DNA from: a virus
Taxonomy: Duplodnaviria > Caudoviricetes
DNA: 64,000 nucleotides
Virus record (IMG/VR): IMGVR_UViG_3300017902_000306
Location: 10,083-74,082 of that record
Direction: 5' to 3' (one strand)
This document shows, one piece after another, positions 10,547 through 19,669 of the stretch. The notes under the pieces are model-generated. The model was not told the DNA's origin, did no database searches, and was given only the letters and a program-made list of their open reading frames with translations. The position numbers and the translations under genes were made by a program. Each line of letters opens with the position of its first letter. The first letter of the stretch is position 1.

Positions 10547-11120
10547 TGACAAGGTAGCGATGTCTATGACAAAGTTCTTTCGGTTTTTTGCCGATACGTT
10601 CTTTGCTAAAAGGTATGGACATAGAGCAGTTGTTTTAGAAACCATTGCAGGGGTGCCTGGTATGGTAGCAGGGATGTGGTTACATCTAAAAAGTCTGCGT
10701 AAAGCAAAAACTGGATACGGGCCTACGATTCGTGAACTACTTGCAGAAGCAGAGAATGAACGTATGCACTTGATGTTCTTTATAGAAATTGCAAAACCAA
10801 ACTGGTTTGAGAGACTACTGATTCTCTTGGCGCAGTTTATATTCTGGCATTTTTATTTCATTATGTATCTCATTTCGCCACGGACTGCACATAGAATGAT
10901 TGCATACTTTGAAGAAGAGGCGGTCAGGAGTTATACGGAATATATGACACTGATTCAAGCTGGTGTGATACCAAACGTCAAGGCACCTCAACTAGCAATA
11001 GACTACTACGATATGCCACAGGATGCAAAGTTATGGGACATGGTTTATAATGTTCGCAATGACGAACTCAACCACTCCAAAGTAAATCATAGGATGGCGG
11101 ACAACTTATGTTCTCAATAA
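10539..11120 (+). CDS. aox: Alternative oxidase (ubiquinol oxidase, di-iron)
   Basis: RYGHRAVVLETIAGVPGMVAGM, EAENERMHL, HRMIAYFEEEAVRSYT and VRNDELNH supply all four iron-binding segments of AOX. Confidence 0.95.
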   Translation: MLSDKVAMSMTKFFRFFADTFFAKRYGHRAVVLETIAGVPGMVAGMWLHLKSLRKAKTGYGPTIRELLAEAENERMHLMFFIEIAKPNWFERLLILLAQFIFWHFYFIMYLISPRTAHRMIAYFEEEAVRSYTEYMTLIQAGVIPNVKAPQLAIDYYDMPQDAKLWDMVYNVRNDELNHSKVNHRMADNLCSQ

Positions 11121-11725
11121 ACTGGTTCATGGCCGATGAACAGTTGCAGAAGTATGATGGCATCTGGACAGGAGAAGTTACTTGGGATACTGTAAACTTC
11201 TATAAAGATTATGCTGGAACTCTATCCAACAATGAGAATCTAGCTGGACATCTTCAGAAACAAATAAAAATAGAAGATTTGCCTGTCACTATCCGTGATG
11301 ATATTATGAGAAACTTCCGAAGACCAGAAGTTACTGAATATGTGAGTAAATACAAGGATACGATGAATCCTATCCCACCGATCAAACTGGAGACAACGTG
11401 GGTAAACTATATGGAGAAAACTGAATTCAATCCTCTCCATAGACATGGTGGGTTGTTTTCTTTTGTGATATTCATTCAGATACCATACGACTTGTCAGAA
11501 GAAGACAAGGTATTTCCAGACACACCCGACAAGAAGACATCAAGGTTGGGGTTCGTATTCAATGAACCTCTTGCTGGCCCAGAAGAAATTACTCTGGATG
11601 TTGATGAAAGTTTTGTTGGTAAGATAATTTTGTTTGATGCCAAGTTGCCACATCTTGTGTATCCGTTCTACACATCTGATGAACATAGAATCACTGCGTC
11701 AGGCAATGTGGTGTTTGCACACTAG
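11108..11725 (+). CDS. Putative 2OG-Fe(II) oxygenase
   Basis: WVNYMEKTEFNPLHRH..FSFVIFIQIP ... GKIILFDAKLPHLVYPF...RITASGN. Confidence 0.75.
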   Translation: MFSINWFMADEQLQKYDGIWTGEVTWDTVNFYKDYAGTLSNNENLAGHLQKQIKIEDLPVTIRDDIMRNFRRPEVTEYVSKYKDTMNPIPPIKLETTWVNYMEKTEFNPLHRHGGLFSFVIFIQIPYDLSEEDKVFPDTPDKKTSRLGFVFNEPLAGPEEITLDVDESFVGKIILFDAKLPHLVYPFYTSDEHRITASGNVVFAH

Positions 11726-12429
11726 AAGAACCCTTCTCTCTGACCGATAATCATATAACGATCATACTCTTTCTTACCATCCCACGAGAAGTAAGTTTGA
11801 GTTTTTGTTCCTTCATATCCAGTATCCTCAATACCAATTTGTTCTTTCAGTTCTTCAACTGATCCCACGCAATTGATACCATACATTTCCTCTACCACGT
11901 TTGAGTTTTGCACTGCGTAAACTGCCTGTGCATTTTTGCCGTTGAGTTCTTGCAGTGGATACATTTGTTCAGTGTGAATACAGATGACCACATCTGCTTC
12001 GATTTTGTTTAGGTTTTCAAACTCAAAGGGGATGTCCAGATTCCAGTGCCGGATGTTGACAAACTTATCTTGTGCGTAGTGTTTATGAAAAATCTTGGAC
12101 AGTTCTATTGATTCTTCATCCAAGTCTACAAGATGGATTTGAGATACATCCAAGTTCTCACATAAGAGAGGAACCATTGGTATTCCCAACCACGAGTTGA
12201 GAATCAACACACGCAAGTTACCGTTCTTTGCGTAGTATTCTTCCAAGTATTTTTTCAGTTCTTCTACCAACCAAACACTTGCCTCCATATTATTTTCTGA
12301 CAAAGACTGTCGAAAGTCTGCCAGTTTATTAGGCATTTTGTTTTCTATGATGTGCAGGGCCTCGCCCCAGTGTTTGAAATTATTTAAGAAATTAAAATTT
12401 AACATCTTCACTTTTTCCCATTGAGTCAA
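11722..12429 (-). CDS. Class I SAM-methyltransferase-like protein (possibly degenerate)
   Basis: VLILNSWLG (motif I-like), IHLVDLDEE (acidic motif II), ADVVIC. Confidence 0.5.
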   Translation of the reverse strand: MTQWEKVKMLNFNFLNNFKHWGEALHIIENKMPNKLADFRQSLSENNMEASVWLVEELKKYLEEYYAKNGNLRVLILNSWLGIPMVPLLCENLDVSQIHLVDLDEESIELSKIFHKHYAQDKFVNIRHWNLDIPFEFENLNKIEADVVICIHTEQMYPLQELNGKNAQAVYAVQNSNVVEEMYGINCVGSVEELKEQIGIEDTGYEGTKTQTYFSWDGKKEYDRYMIIGQREGFF

Positions 12430-13066
12430 AAATACAAATGTATGGAAGTTCTCGGTAGGTGTGTCTTTCTATGTCATGCGGAAAGACGTATCCCTGATTG
12501 AAACTATATACCCATCCAAGGGGGAATAGTTTTGTTTTGATCACCCTTCTATTGTAGAAGAAATTATCAAGTCCTCTGTAATACCACAGTATTTGTTTTT
12601 GATATTGATTAAAATACTCTGTAAGTTCTCTAGTATTTAGGTTGTCATTCCAACGCAACACAGATGAGTTGAGGTCTGTGAACTTATGTGGAATGTGTCT
12701 GGTTTCTTTGTATTGTTTTTCTAAGTCATGCCACCATGTCTTTACGAGACACAAACAGTCTTCTGGATCGTAGTTTGCGATGACATCAATGTTCTTTTGT
12801 ATGATTGCATCAATGTCAAAGAACATCTTCTCACCTTTTTGTGTGACGATGTTATCATCAAACAGATACATCTTGTTCCACCACTTTTCTAGTTTGTTGC
12901 CGCCTGGCAATGCTAGTGGTTTGATGTCTGGGTCTAAATCTTTTGGATTTTCTGTAAGACAATAGAAATCAAAATCACACGTTAGAAACTGCAAACAAGA
13001 TTGGTATATATTGTTTACATGTTGGTGATTATATTTGTCGCCCCACTTAACTGTGTAGATATTCAT
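12392..13066 (-). CDS. GT-A glycosyltransferase-like, KWGxKY family
   Basis: TVKWGDKY, WWNKMYLF, FFDIDAII, NSSVL, FPLGWVYSF. Confidence 0.7.
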   Translation of the reverse strand: MNIYTVKWGDKYNHQHVNNIYQSCLQFLTCDFDFYCLTENPKDLDPDIKPLALPGGNKLEKWWNKMYLFDDNIVTQKGEKMFFDIDAIIQKNIDVIANYDPEDCLCLVKTWWHDLEKQYKETRHIPHKFTDLNSSVLRWNDNLNTRELTEYFNQYQKQILWYYRGLDNFFYNRRVIKTKLFPLGWVYSFNQGYVFPHDIERHTYRELPYICIFDSMGKSEDVKF

Positions 13067-13739
13067 TGATTACTTCTTTCACAAATCTTTCGTGTTGTTC
13101 TACAGAGGGGTGATCTCCAGTGCCTTCACACCCATCACACCACTCATACATTCCTCGTATGGGTAAGAATTTTTCCCAATCTACCAATGCGTATAGATGG
13201 GTCAACTCTTTTGTTCTTGGCATGTCTTTGAATATATCCATGAAAGATGTCATAAAATAGTTTATATTGTATTTTTGTAAAAGCCACTGTGTTCTCAATA
13301 TGTGTTCCATCGTATTGATATATCCAAAAGTGGCGTGGTGAAGTTTGTGATAATATATGTCACTCTTTTCTGTCATCCAATGTGGATTAAGTATCTGCCA
13401 GTTTTTATTTCTTGAATTGACAAATCCAGTTGGGTTTTCGGCCCACATATCAATGTTCTCAAATAATGGTTCTGAAGTATAAATCTCATGTCTATCTGTT
13501 CCAGACCACATTATTGCAACCAGCATTTCATCAGCTTCGTGCAGTCTTTGTGAAACTTCATAGATGACGCCTCTGCTTATGAGTCCATTTCCCTGAGACC
13601 CCATTGCTTTTGATGTCAGATCAGCATCAAGTTCTTGTGCTAAAAAGTCAGGCCAAGTAGGATGATGGTCTTTTATGTTTTGACTAGTTAAACTAAAACT
13701 ACAACCACCAGTAATTAATTTTGTTTTCATCCTGTCCAA
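13047..13739 (-). CDS. SGNH/GDSL hydrolase-like protein
   Basis: ITGGCSFS (block I), AMGSQGN (block II), C-terminal DHPS (block V). Confidence 0.65.
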   Translation of the reverse strand: MDRMKTKLITGGCSFSLTSQNIKDHHPTWPDFLAQELDADLTSKAMGSQGNGLISRGVIYEVSQRLHEADEMLVAIMWSGTDRHEIYTSEPLFENIDMWAENPTGFVNSRNKNWQILNPHWMTEKSDIYYHKLHHATFGYINTMEHILRTQWLLQKYNINYFMTSFMDIFKDMPRTKELTHLYALVDWEKFLPIRGMYEWCDGCEGTGDHPSVEQHERFVKEVINEYLHS

Positions 13740-14542
13740 TGCTCCAATAATTTCGGGTCAGCAAGTTCATCTTGTTTTGTGTGTCCTCTACTCTTGTCCT
13801 CAAAAGGTAAGAGATCAACATTGAACACACAGAGAATACAGTTGGGTCTGTAGATACCCACGTTCAAGTCATCTTCTTCCCACGATCTACCTCTGTTGTA
13901 GGAGTATGCCATCCATGAGGGAAAGTAGTCCCACAAGTCTTCACCATACCTACCCCACTTCCACGAGTGATAATTGTCTGTTCCGTCTGTGTATGTAAAC
14001 CAAATCTTTTCTTGGTTCTCTAGGACATCATTCCAGATACACTCACACTGATCATCTGACCATACTTGACACGATCCATTTGTGTATGCACCATGTGCCA
14101 ACTTGAACTGTCTTGTTGTCATGGGTCTTGGGTCTTGCCACCACGACTTCATCTTTGTAGGTCTTTCTAAATTATAGGTGATGATGGGGGTAAGGTCACG
14201 TTGGATAATAACATCAAGATCAAAGAAAATAAAACGACCACTAGGCTTATCAGGAGCAAAGTTGTGAGTATTAAAAACAAAAGTTTTAGGCCTGTCCCAA
14301 CAACGTGCCATACCATACTTAAAATCTTCATTCCCAAACCAATACTTAGGATGGATATTAGGAATATCAGGAAAAGGGATAACATTGATATCGTCATCTA
14401 AACCCTCATCATTATCAGTGTAACAGTAAAAGTGAAAGTCAAATTGATCGGGGATGTTCCTCTTTGACATTTCTTTCAATCGGTTCACAAAGTGTGGGCC
14501 GTATTTTGTTCCCCACTTACTACAAACTACATTAACTCGCAT
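13727..14542 (-). CDS. GT-A glycosyltransferase-like, KWGxKY family
   Basis: VCSKWGTKYGPHFVNRL, CWDRPK, FFDLDVII, YSYNRG; start taken at the ATG (ORF track begins at 14554). Confidence 0.7.
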   Translation of the reverse strand: MRVNVVCSKWGTKYGPHFVNRLKEMSKRNIPDQFDFHFYCYTDNDEGLDDDINVIPFPDIPNIHPKYWFGNEDFKYGMARCWDRPKTFVFNTHNFAPDKPSGRFIFFDLDVIIQRDLTPIITYNLERPTKMKSWWQDPRPMTTRQFKLAHGAYTNGSCQVWSDDQCECIWNDVLENQEKIWFTYTDGTDNYHSWKWGRYGEDLWDYFPSWMAYSYNRGRSWEEDDLNVGIYRPNCILCVFNVDLLPFEDKSRGHTKQDELADPKLLEHWTG

Positions 14543-17270
14543 TGCAACTACCACACTTTTTATTACAAATAGTCAGAGGGTTGCGTTTCAAACTCTGACT
14601 GATGTTTTCAAAATCATTACTGTAAATTATTTCACCTACAGTAAAGTTCTTTAGACTATTATACTGCTTATTGTAGGTATAGTCAAGGGGATGATAGGGT
14701 AAAAGTTTACTTTCTAAAAAGTCTCTTGCTATATATGCACACGGATATGCGCTACTATCTGCACTGACATAGAAGTATCCACTCTTTCTCGCATCACACC
14801 AAACTGGTTCTGACTTCTTTGATCTTGGTTTTGGTCTACGCACTTCATCTTCTTTCTTAAACATCTTGAGAGTTTCTAAGTTCACTGGTATGTCACTCGC
14901 AATCGTTTCTTGCACCACTGGTATGTGTTCTGTTTGCTGTGGTTGATCAACATATTCTACCTCATCAATCCAAGTTGGTTTCATAAAAGTTTGATCATAT
15001 GTTTGAACGGTGAGAGTGATTCCGTTGTCACGGAAGTATTTACATATCTCCTCAAAGTGTTCCGACTTTGTGGGGTCAGATAGTTCGCACATCAAGGTCA
15101 CCCAATTGACTCTATACCTGTCAAAAATTTTACGAATAGATGTCAAATTATGGTCATGGCCTGTCAAAAATATGTCATTGTATGGATCATTTGTGTCATT
15201 TCTTGAGGCACTAAGTTGAACAAGAGCCCCGTCAGGTGACCCTTCTTCATACAGGCCACGATACATGTCCGAGTATTGTTCGCCGTGCATCTGAAAGTAT
15301 TTTACTAACGTATCATCATCTGACATGTTATCTTGTTTCAGTATTGACAACAGTTCGTCTTTGGGCATGATGTTGTATAATCTCTCAAACACTGCCTCAT
15401 AATCTTGTTTGTAAAACAGTTCTTTAAGATTGTCTAGGTAGTATCTCTTGTATAGTTTCTGTGTGTCTAAATCATCCGCATCCCAAAACAATCTCTGAAT
15501 ACCATAGAGTTCTACGTTCTTCATAAACTCTTGTTTTATTTTAGGCAGTTCATTTTTATACCACAGTCTTCTATACAATGCGAAACATTGCATCCAACTG
15601 ACATTCCAGAAGTATCTTACTGACCCCCACTCTTTTGCTTCATCATATACAATCTTGTGTTGTCGAGATATGTATCTTTCCTTGTAGAAATTATAAATGT
15701 CATCTGCATCTTTATTCCAATACAAAGACTGATCTCCTCGTTGCAACATCTTATCGTCTGGGAAATCTGCAAGGAATTTTTTGTGCATAGAAATCATGTC
15801 ACCAGTATCATATATTTCTCTGATGATTTGTCTATGTTGTGGCTCTATGCGCCTAATAAATGTTAGGTCAGATATTTCTTTTTCTAATTCTGGAATAGAT
15901 TCTTTTATCTCAGGTATGGTTCCCTTGAGTTGTTCTTCTAACTCAGGGAAGTATTCTATCATTTGTTTTGACAGTGATGTTAGGTCTGGTTCGTTTACCA
16001 TCTTTCTAAGTTTGTTGATCACGTTTTGATCCATGTAGTTTCTTTCCAGAGTTTCATCTGTCATAGAATCAAACTGTGACCAGTTCTTGATACTATCAAA
16101 CTTGTCTTTATACCTTTCCCAATCAATTTTTAGTTTTGGTAAATCTTTGTAGAACTTCTCCACAAGAACATCAAATACAACTTTGTGCATTTTGTAGACG
16201 TATCTCTCTTTGTAGAAATCGTAGATGCCATCTACGTCCTTGTTCCAGTATAAAGATTCGTCACCCTCTAACAATAGGGGATCGGTAGGAAAGTCTGCCA
16301 GAAACTTTTTGTGCATGGAGATCAGATCACCATCAAGTTTCTTGATTGTTTTCAAGTGGCGAGATTCTATTTGTCTTATGAACGGATCATAAGAGTTTGC
16401 ATCTTTGATCAGTGTGTCAATTCTGTCTGTGTGTTTGTTCTTTGTGAAAAAACTTTCTGGGAACTTTGGCATCCACAGTCTTTCAAATTCTGTTTTGCCG
16501 TGCCAGTGTATTAGAATGTTGTAGTCTTTTACACCATCTGGTTTGAAATACTTTTGCACACTTTTGTTTGGAACCACAGGAACATCAAAGATACAGAACT
16601 TTGCCTGATCCCTGTATAGATGTTCTGTCAAATTGTCTGGGTATGACTGACCCCTGTTATAAGAGTATACCCAATCAGTAGGCAAGAATGACCAATAGTT
16701 ATCACCAACTACTTGATGTTCTCTCCAAGGGTAATAGTTGTCAGTCCCTTTCCAGAATGTTTTGAATACGGTGTTCTTGTGTTTGAGGACATCATTGTAA
16801 ATCTTCTCACCCTCATCATTACACCATAACATTACACTGGAATTGTATAGACTGCCACGCATATCTTTGAATCGTCTGTCATTTAAGACATCTGGATTCT
16901 CCCAACTAGAATATAACATGTGTGGTGTCTTGGACAACTCAAAGATTTCGTCAATGTTGTTTTGAATTACAACATCTAAGTCCAGATAACAGAAGGGGCC
17001 TTTTGTTCTTAACCAGTGATGAGAGTTTAGGACAAGAAACTTTGCCCGATCCCAGCAATAATTTTCCCGACCAAACCAATAGTCTGGGTGTAGGGGGTCA
17101 ACTCTGGGTATCGCTCGGATGGTAATCCCTTTGTCAATACCATCGGCATCATCGGTGTAACAGATAAACTTGTGTCGCTTGGTATAGTTCTGTTGAACCA
17201 TCTTGCGTAAATTGTTTACATATTCTGCTGGGTATTTGTTACCCCATTTTATGCAGAGAAAGTGCATCAT
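14532..17270 (-). CDS. Fusion: KWGxKY glycosyltransferase + helical repeats + degenerate radical-SAM/SPASM-like domain
   Basis: N-terminus CIKWGNKYPAEYVNNL...YLDLDVVI...YSYNRG; internal ~50-aa repeat; C-terminus WC...VSADSSAYPC...ICNKKCGSC. Confidence 0.7.
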   Translation of the reverse strand: MMHFLCIKWGNKYPAEYVNNLRKMVQQNYTKRHKFICYTDDADGIDKGITIRAIPRVDPLHPDYWFGRENYCWDRAKFLVLNSHHWLRTKGPFCYLDLDVVIQNNIDEIFELSKTPHMLYSSWENPDVLNDRRFKDMRGSLYNSSVMLWCNDEGEKIYNDVLKHKNTVFKTFWKGTDNYYPWREHQVVGDNYWSFLPTDWVYSYNRGQSYPDNLTEHLYRDQAKFCIFDVPVVPNKSVQKYFKPDGVKDYNILIHWHGKTEFERLWMPKFPESFFTKNKHTDRIDTLIKDANSYDPFIRQIESRHLKTIKKLDGDLISMHKKFLADFPTDPLLLEGDESLYWNKDVDGIYDFYKERYVYKMHKVVFDVLVEKFYKDLPKLKIDWERYKDKFDSIKNWSQFDSMTDETLERNYMDQNVINKLRKMVNEPDLTSLSKQMIEYFPELEEQLKGTIPEIKESIPELEKEISDLTFIRRIEPQHRQIIREIYDTGDMISMHKKFLADFPDDKMLQRGDQSLYWNKDADDIYNFYKERYISRQHKIVYDEAKEWGSVRYFWNVSWMQCFALYRRLWYKNELPKIKQEFMKNVELYGIQRLFWDADDLDTQKLYKRYYLDNLKELFYKQDYEAVFERLYNIMPKDELLSILKQDNMSDDDTLVKYFQMHGEQYSDMYRGLYEEGSPDGALVQLSASRNDTNDPYNDIFLTGHDHNLTSIRKIFDRYRVNWVTLMCELSDPTKSEHFEEICKYFRDNGITLTVQTYDQTFMKPTWIDEVEYVDQPQQTEHIPVVQETIASDIPVNLETLKMFKKEDEVRRPKPRSKKSEPVWCDARKSGYFYVSADSSAYPCAYIARDFLESKLLPYHPLDYTYNKQYNSLKNFTVGEIIYSNDFENISQSLKRNPLTICNKKCGSCNAS

Positions 17271-17970
17271 TATATTTTTGTCTCAAATTGTGATTGACTT
17301 CATCTTGTCCATTCAATAAAACGATTGGATACTCTGGCAGTATTTGATGTGATCGTGGTGCAGAATCAGTCTCAATATCTACTCCACCAAGGAAAGAGTA
17401 TATCAATCCCCTTGGAAAAACACTCCCAAGTATATTTTCGTGATATAAAAATCTATCATCTCCACAGTATTTAGTCATGTAATACTGATCTTGTTTTGCA
17501 AAGGTGTTGTAGATATATCTTGCTTCGTTGTCTCTCCATGCCATGACACTAGAGTTATACATACCTTTCCACTTCTGCATCCACGGATCGTTCTCTGATC
17601 CCTCGCCCCTGTAACGAGAGTCGGGATTGTGTCTGCGATTGGTAGTTGTCATACTATTGTCTTTCCAATAGGTAAAACAAATTGTCGGTTGCAAACAATG
17701 AACAAATAATCTATCTAGGCTGCCCTGTATTATAACATCTAAGTCTAGGTAAAGGCAATCCCCAACCCAATCATTTTTGAACATTTTTATCTTTTCCCAA
17801 TGACCTTCTGGGTCTTCTATTAGGATTTGTTTTATCTCAGGTCTGAGGTGTTTTGCATTTTGTTCGTCAACTATGCAAGTGTGATGGTATTGTTTTGTAG
17901 CATCATAAATACGATGGACATCATCAGCGTTATATTTGTCTCCATAAAGGAGAGTGACTATGGTTTTCAC
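17239..17970 (-). CDS. GT-A glycosyltransferase-like, KWGxKY-related
   Basis: LLYGDKY, HWEKIKMF, LYLDLDVII, NSSVM, GDDRFL, FPRGLIYSF; GGGAG RBS before a GTG start. Confidence 0.7.
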   Translation of the reverse strand: MKTIVTLLYGDKYNADDVHRIYDATKQYHHTCIVDEQNAKHLRPEIKQILIEDPEGHWEKIKMFKNDWVGDCLYLDLDVIIQGSLDRLFVHCLQPTICFTYWKDNSMTTTNRRHNPDSRYRGEGSENDPWMQKWKGMYNSSVMAWRDNEARYIYNTFAKQDQYYMTKYCGDDRFLYHENILGSVFPRGLIYSFLGGVDIETDSAPRSHQILPEYPIVLLNGQDEVNHNLRQKYNDALSLHKMG

Positions 17971-17986
17971 GTTTAAACTCCCATCT

Positions 17987-17994
17987 TATAAATA
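17987..17994 (+). promoter_or_regulatory. T4-type late promoter
   Basis: TATAAATA upstream of ORF 18020. Confidence 0.8.
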
Positions 17995-17995
17995 G

Positions 17996-18003
17996 TATTT
18001 AGA
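17996..18003 (-). promoter_or_regulatory. Probable late-promoter variant driving the minus-strand island
   Basis: TCTAAATA on the minus strand, ~26 nt before the GTG at 17970. Confidence 0.5.
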
Positions 18004-18019
18004 CACAGAGGAAAGCATC

Positions 18020-18352
18020 ATGGCTGTAAAAACTATCAAGAATTTAGTCATCGACCAAGGTTCAACTTTTAGTGCTACTATATCTGTAACCACGGACGGA
18101 TCGACTGCAAAAACATTAACTGGATATACCACGACTGGCCAGATCAGAAAGTCTTACGGTAGTAGCACTGCTACAGATTTTACTACTTCTCAGGTAGATG
18201 GGACGGGTGTGATAACGATATCACTGACCGCAACACAGACTGGCGCATTGAAAGCTGGTAGATATGTCTACGATGTAGAGATTGCAAATGCACCAGAGGT
18301 TATTCGTGTAAGAGAGGGTATCATAACCGTCACTCCACAAGTTACACGTTAA
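18020..18352 (+). CDS. Small conserved virion protein
   Basis: NLVIDQGSTFS...GRYVYDVEI...VREG pattern common in T4-like phages; late promoter upstream. Confidence 0.7.
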   Translation: MAVKTIKNLVIDQGSTFSATISVTTDGSTAKTLTGYTTTGQIRKSYGSSTATDFTTSQVDGTGVITISLTATQTGALKAGRYVYDVEIANAPEVIRVREGIITVTPQVTR

Positions 18353-18361
18353 GTATTTATT

Positions 18362-19624
18362 ATGTCAGAAGAACTCTCTAAATTCTTTGCGGCGATTGCT
18401 GAGGAAAAGAAAAAATCCAAAGCAAAAACAAAGCAGCGCTCAAAGAAATCTGAGGATTTTATAAAACAGTTCTCTGAGGAATTTGAAAAACTAAAAGAAC
18501 AAGAAGAACAACACAAAAGAGATGTCGCTGCTATGGAGGCATTTCTTACTCAACCTTCTCCGCCCAAACCAGAACCAGAATACATTGAGGAAGACACTGC
18601 CGAGGATGAAGGCAAGATGATCTACGGTGGGATGTGGGAAGAACCAGAACCCGATCCAGAACCAGAGTTGATACCTGAGACTCCCCTACAAGAACAAGCT
18701 CTGGAATACTTGAAGACCAAGAAGAAAGAGATCGCTGAGGAATCTGCTGAAGTAGAGTCAATCAAGAAACAGATTCAAGACCTCAAGAAAAATATCACTA
18801 GTCTAAGTCTCGCCCAACAGGGTATGGGTGGCGGTGGTGCCGTAAACATCCGAGACATGGATGATGTCGATAGGTCTACCGCACTTGTAAATGGTAAGTT
18901 TCTAAAATACAATTCTACCACTGGTAAGTTTGTCGGTGCGGATGCAACTGCTGGAGACAGTGATGAGGCTGCGATACTAGACAACTCTGGGACACCAGAA
19001 CTTGCAACAGGGATAACTGCGGCAGAAGTCAGGACTTTGATCGGAGCAGGAACTTCTACTTTCGATGGTGCATACGGTTCACTGTCGGGTAGACCAACAA
19101 TTCCTGCTGCACCAGCTCTTGAAGATAACTCTGGAACTCCTGCTCTTGCCACTGGTATTACAGCTGCTGAGGTGAGAACTGCGATAGGGGCAGGGACTTC
19201 TAGTTTTGATGGCGCTTACAGTTCTTTGAGTGGGAAACCTACTATTCCTGCCGCCCCAGCGCTTGAGGATAATTCTGGCACTCCTGCCCTCGCAACTGGT
19301 ATCACTGCCGCAGAGGTGAGGACTGCTATTGGTGCGATTGATGACTACACGGTAACTGAATCAGATGTCACCGCACATCAAGCCGCACTTTCTATTACTG
19401 AGTCTCAGATAAGTGACTTGCAGACCTATGCTCTTGCTAGTTCTGTGAGTAATGTAACAAATGAAAGTAAGGCCACTATGTTTACTAGTGCTGCTCTGAC
19501 AGGAACACCTACCGCTCCAACCGCCTCAACAGGCACAAATACTACTCAAATAGCCACTACTGCCTTTGTAAAAAACGAGATAGACGCACTCAAGGCCTTG
19601 TTATACGCTTACGACCAATCCTAA
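18362..19624 (+). CDS. Fibre-like structural protein with 48-aa tandem repeats
   Basis: Acidic/coiled N-terminus; GGGG-V-IRDMDDVD motif; C-terminal ALTGTPTAPT...NTTQIATTAFV tail-fibre motif. Confidence 0.65.
   Translation: MSEELSKFFAAIAEEKKKSKAKTKQRSKKSEDFIKQFSEEFEKLKEQEEQHKRDVAAMEAFLTQPSPPKPEPEYIEEDTAEDEGKMIYGGMWEEPEPDPEPELIPETPLQEQALEYLKTKKKEIAEESAEVESIKKQIQDLKKNITSLSLAQQGMGGGGAVNIRDMDDVDRSTALVNGKFLKYNSTTGKFVGADATAGDSDEAAILDNSGTPELATGITAAEVRTLIGAGTSTFDGAYGSLSGRPTIPAAPALEDNSGTPALATGITAAEVRTAIGAGTSSFDGAYSSLSGKPTIPAAPALEDNSGTPALATGITAAEVRTAIGAIDDYTVTESDVTAHQAALSITESQISDLQTYALASSVSNVTNESKATMFTSAALTGTPTAPTASTGTNTTQIATTAFVKNEIDALKALLYAYDQS
18980..19339 (+). repeat. 144-bp (48-aa) tandem repeat, ~2.5 copies
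   Basis: DNSGTP units start at 18980, 19124 and 19268. Confidence 0.9.
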
Positions 19625-19628
19625 ACAT

Positions 19629-19636
19629 TATAAATA
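19629..19636 (+). promoter_or_regulatory. T4-type late promoter
   Basis: TATAAATA before gp13. Confidence 0.8.
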
Positions 19637-19669
19637 ATGGCACTATAAACCTTTTTTGGGAGTTCTAAC

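Noticed and set aside
10539-11120. PTOX (cyanophage plastoquinol oxidase)
   Set aside because: The sequence follows the AOX pattern (RYGHRAVVLET...GVPGMV).
18353-18361. Antisense late promoter (AATAAATA on the minus strand) as a separate regulatory system
   Set aside because: A one-mismatch match in an AT-rich 9-bp gap cannot be distinguished from chance.
18980-19339. CRISPR array or mini-array
   Set aside because: In-frame coding repeat with no spacers and heavy synonymous divergence; no CRISPR-like repeats were seen elsewhere.
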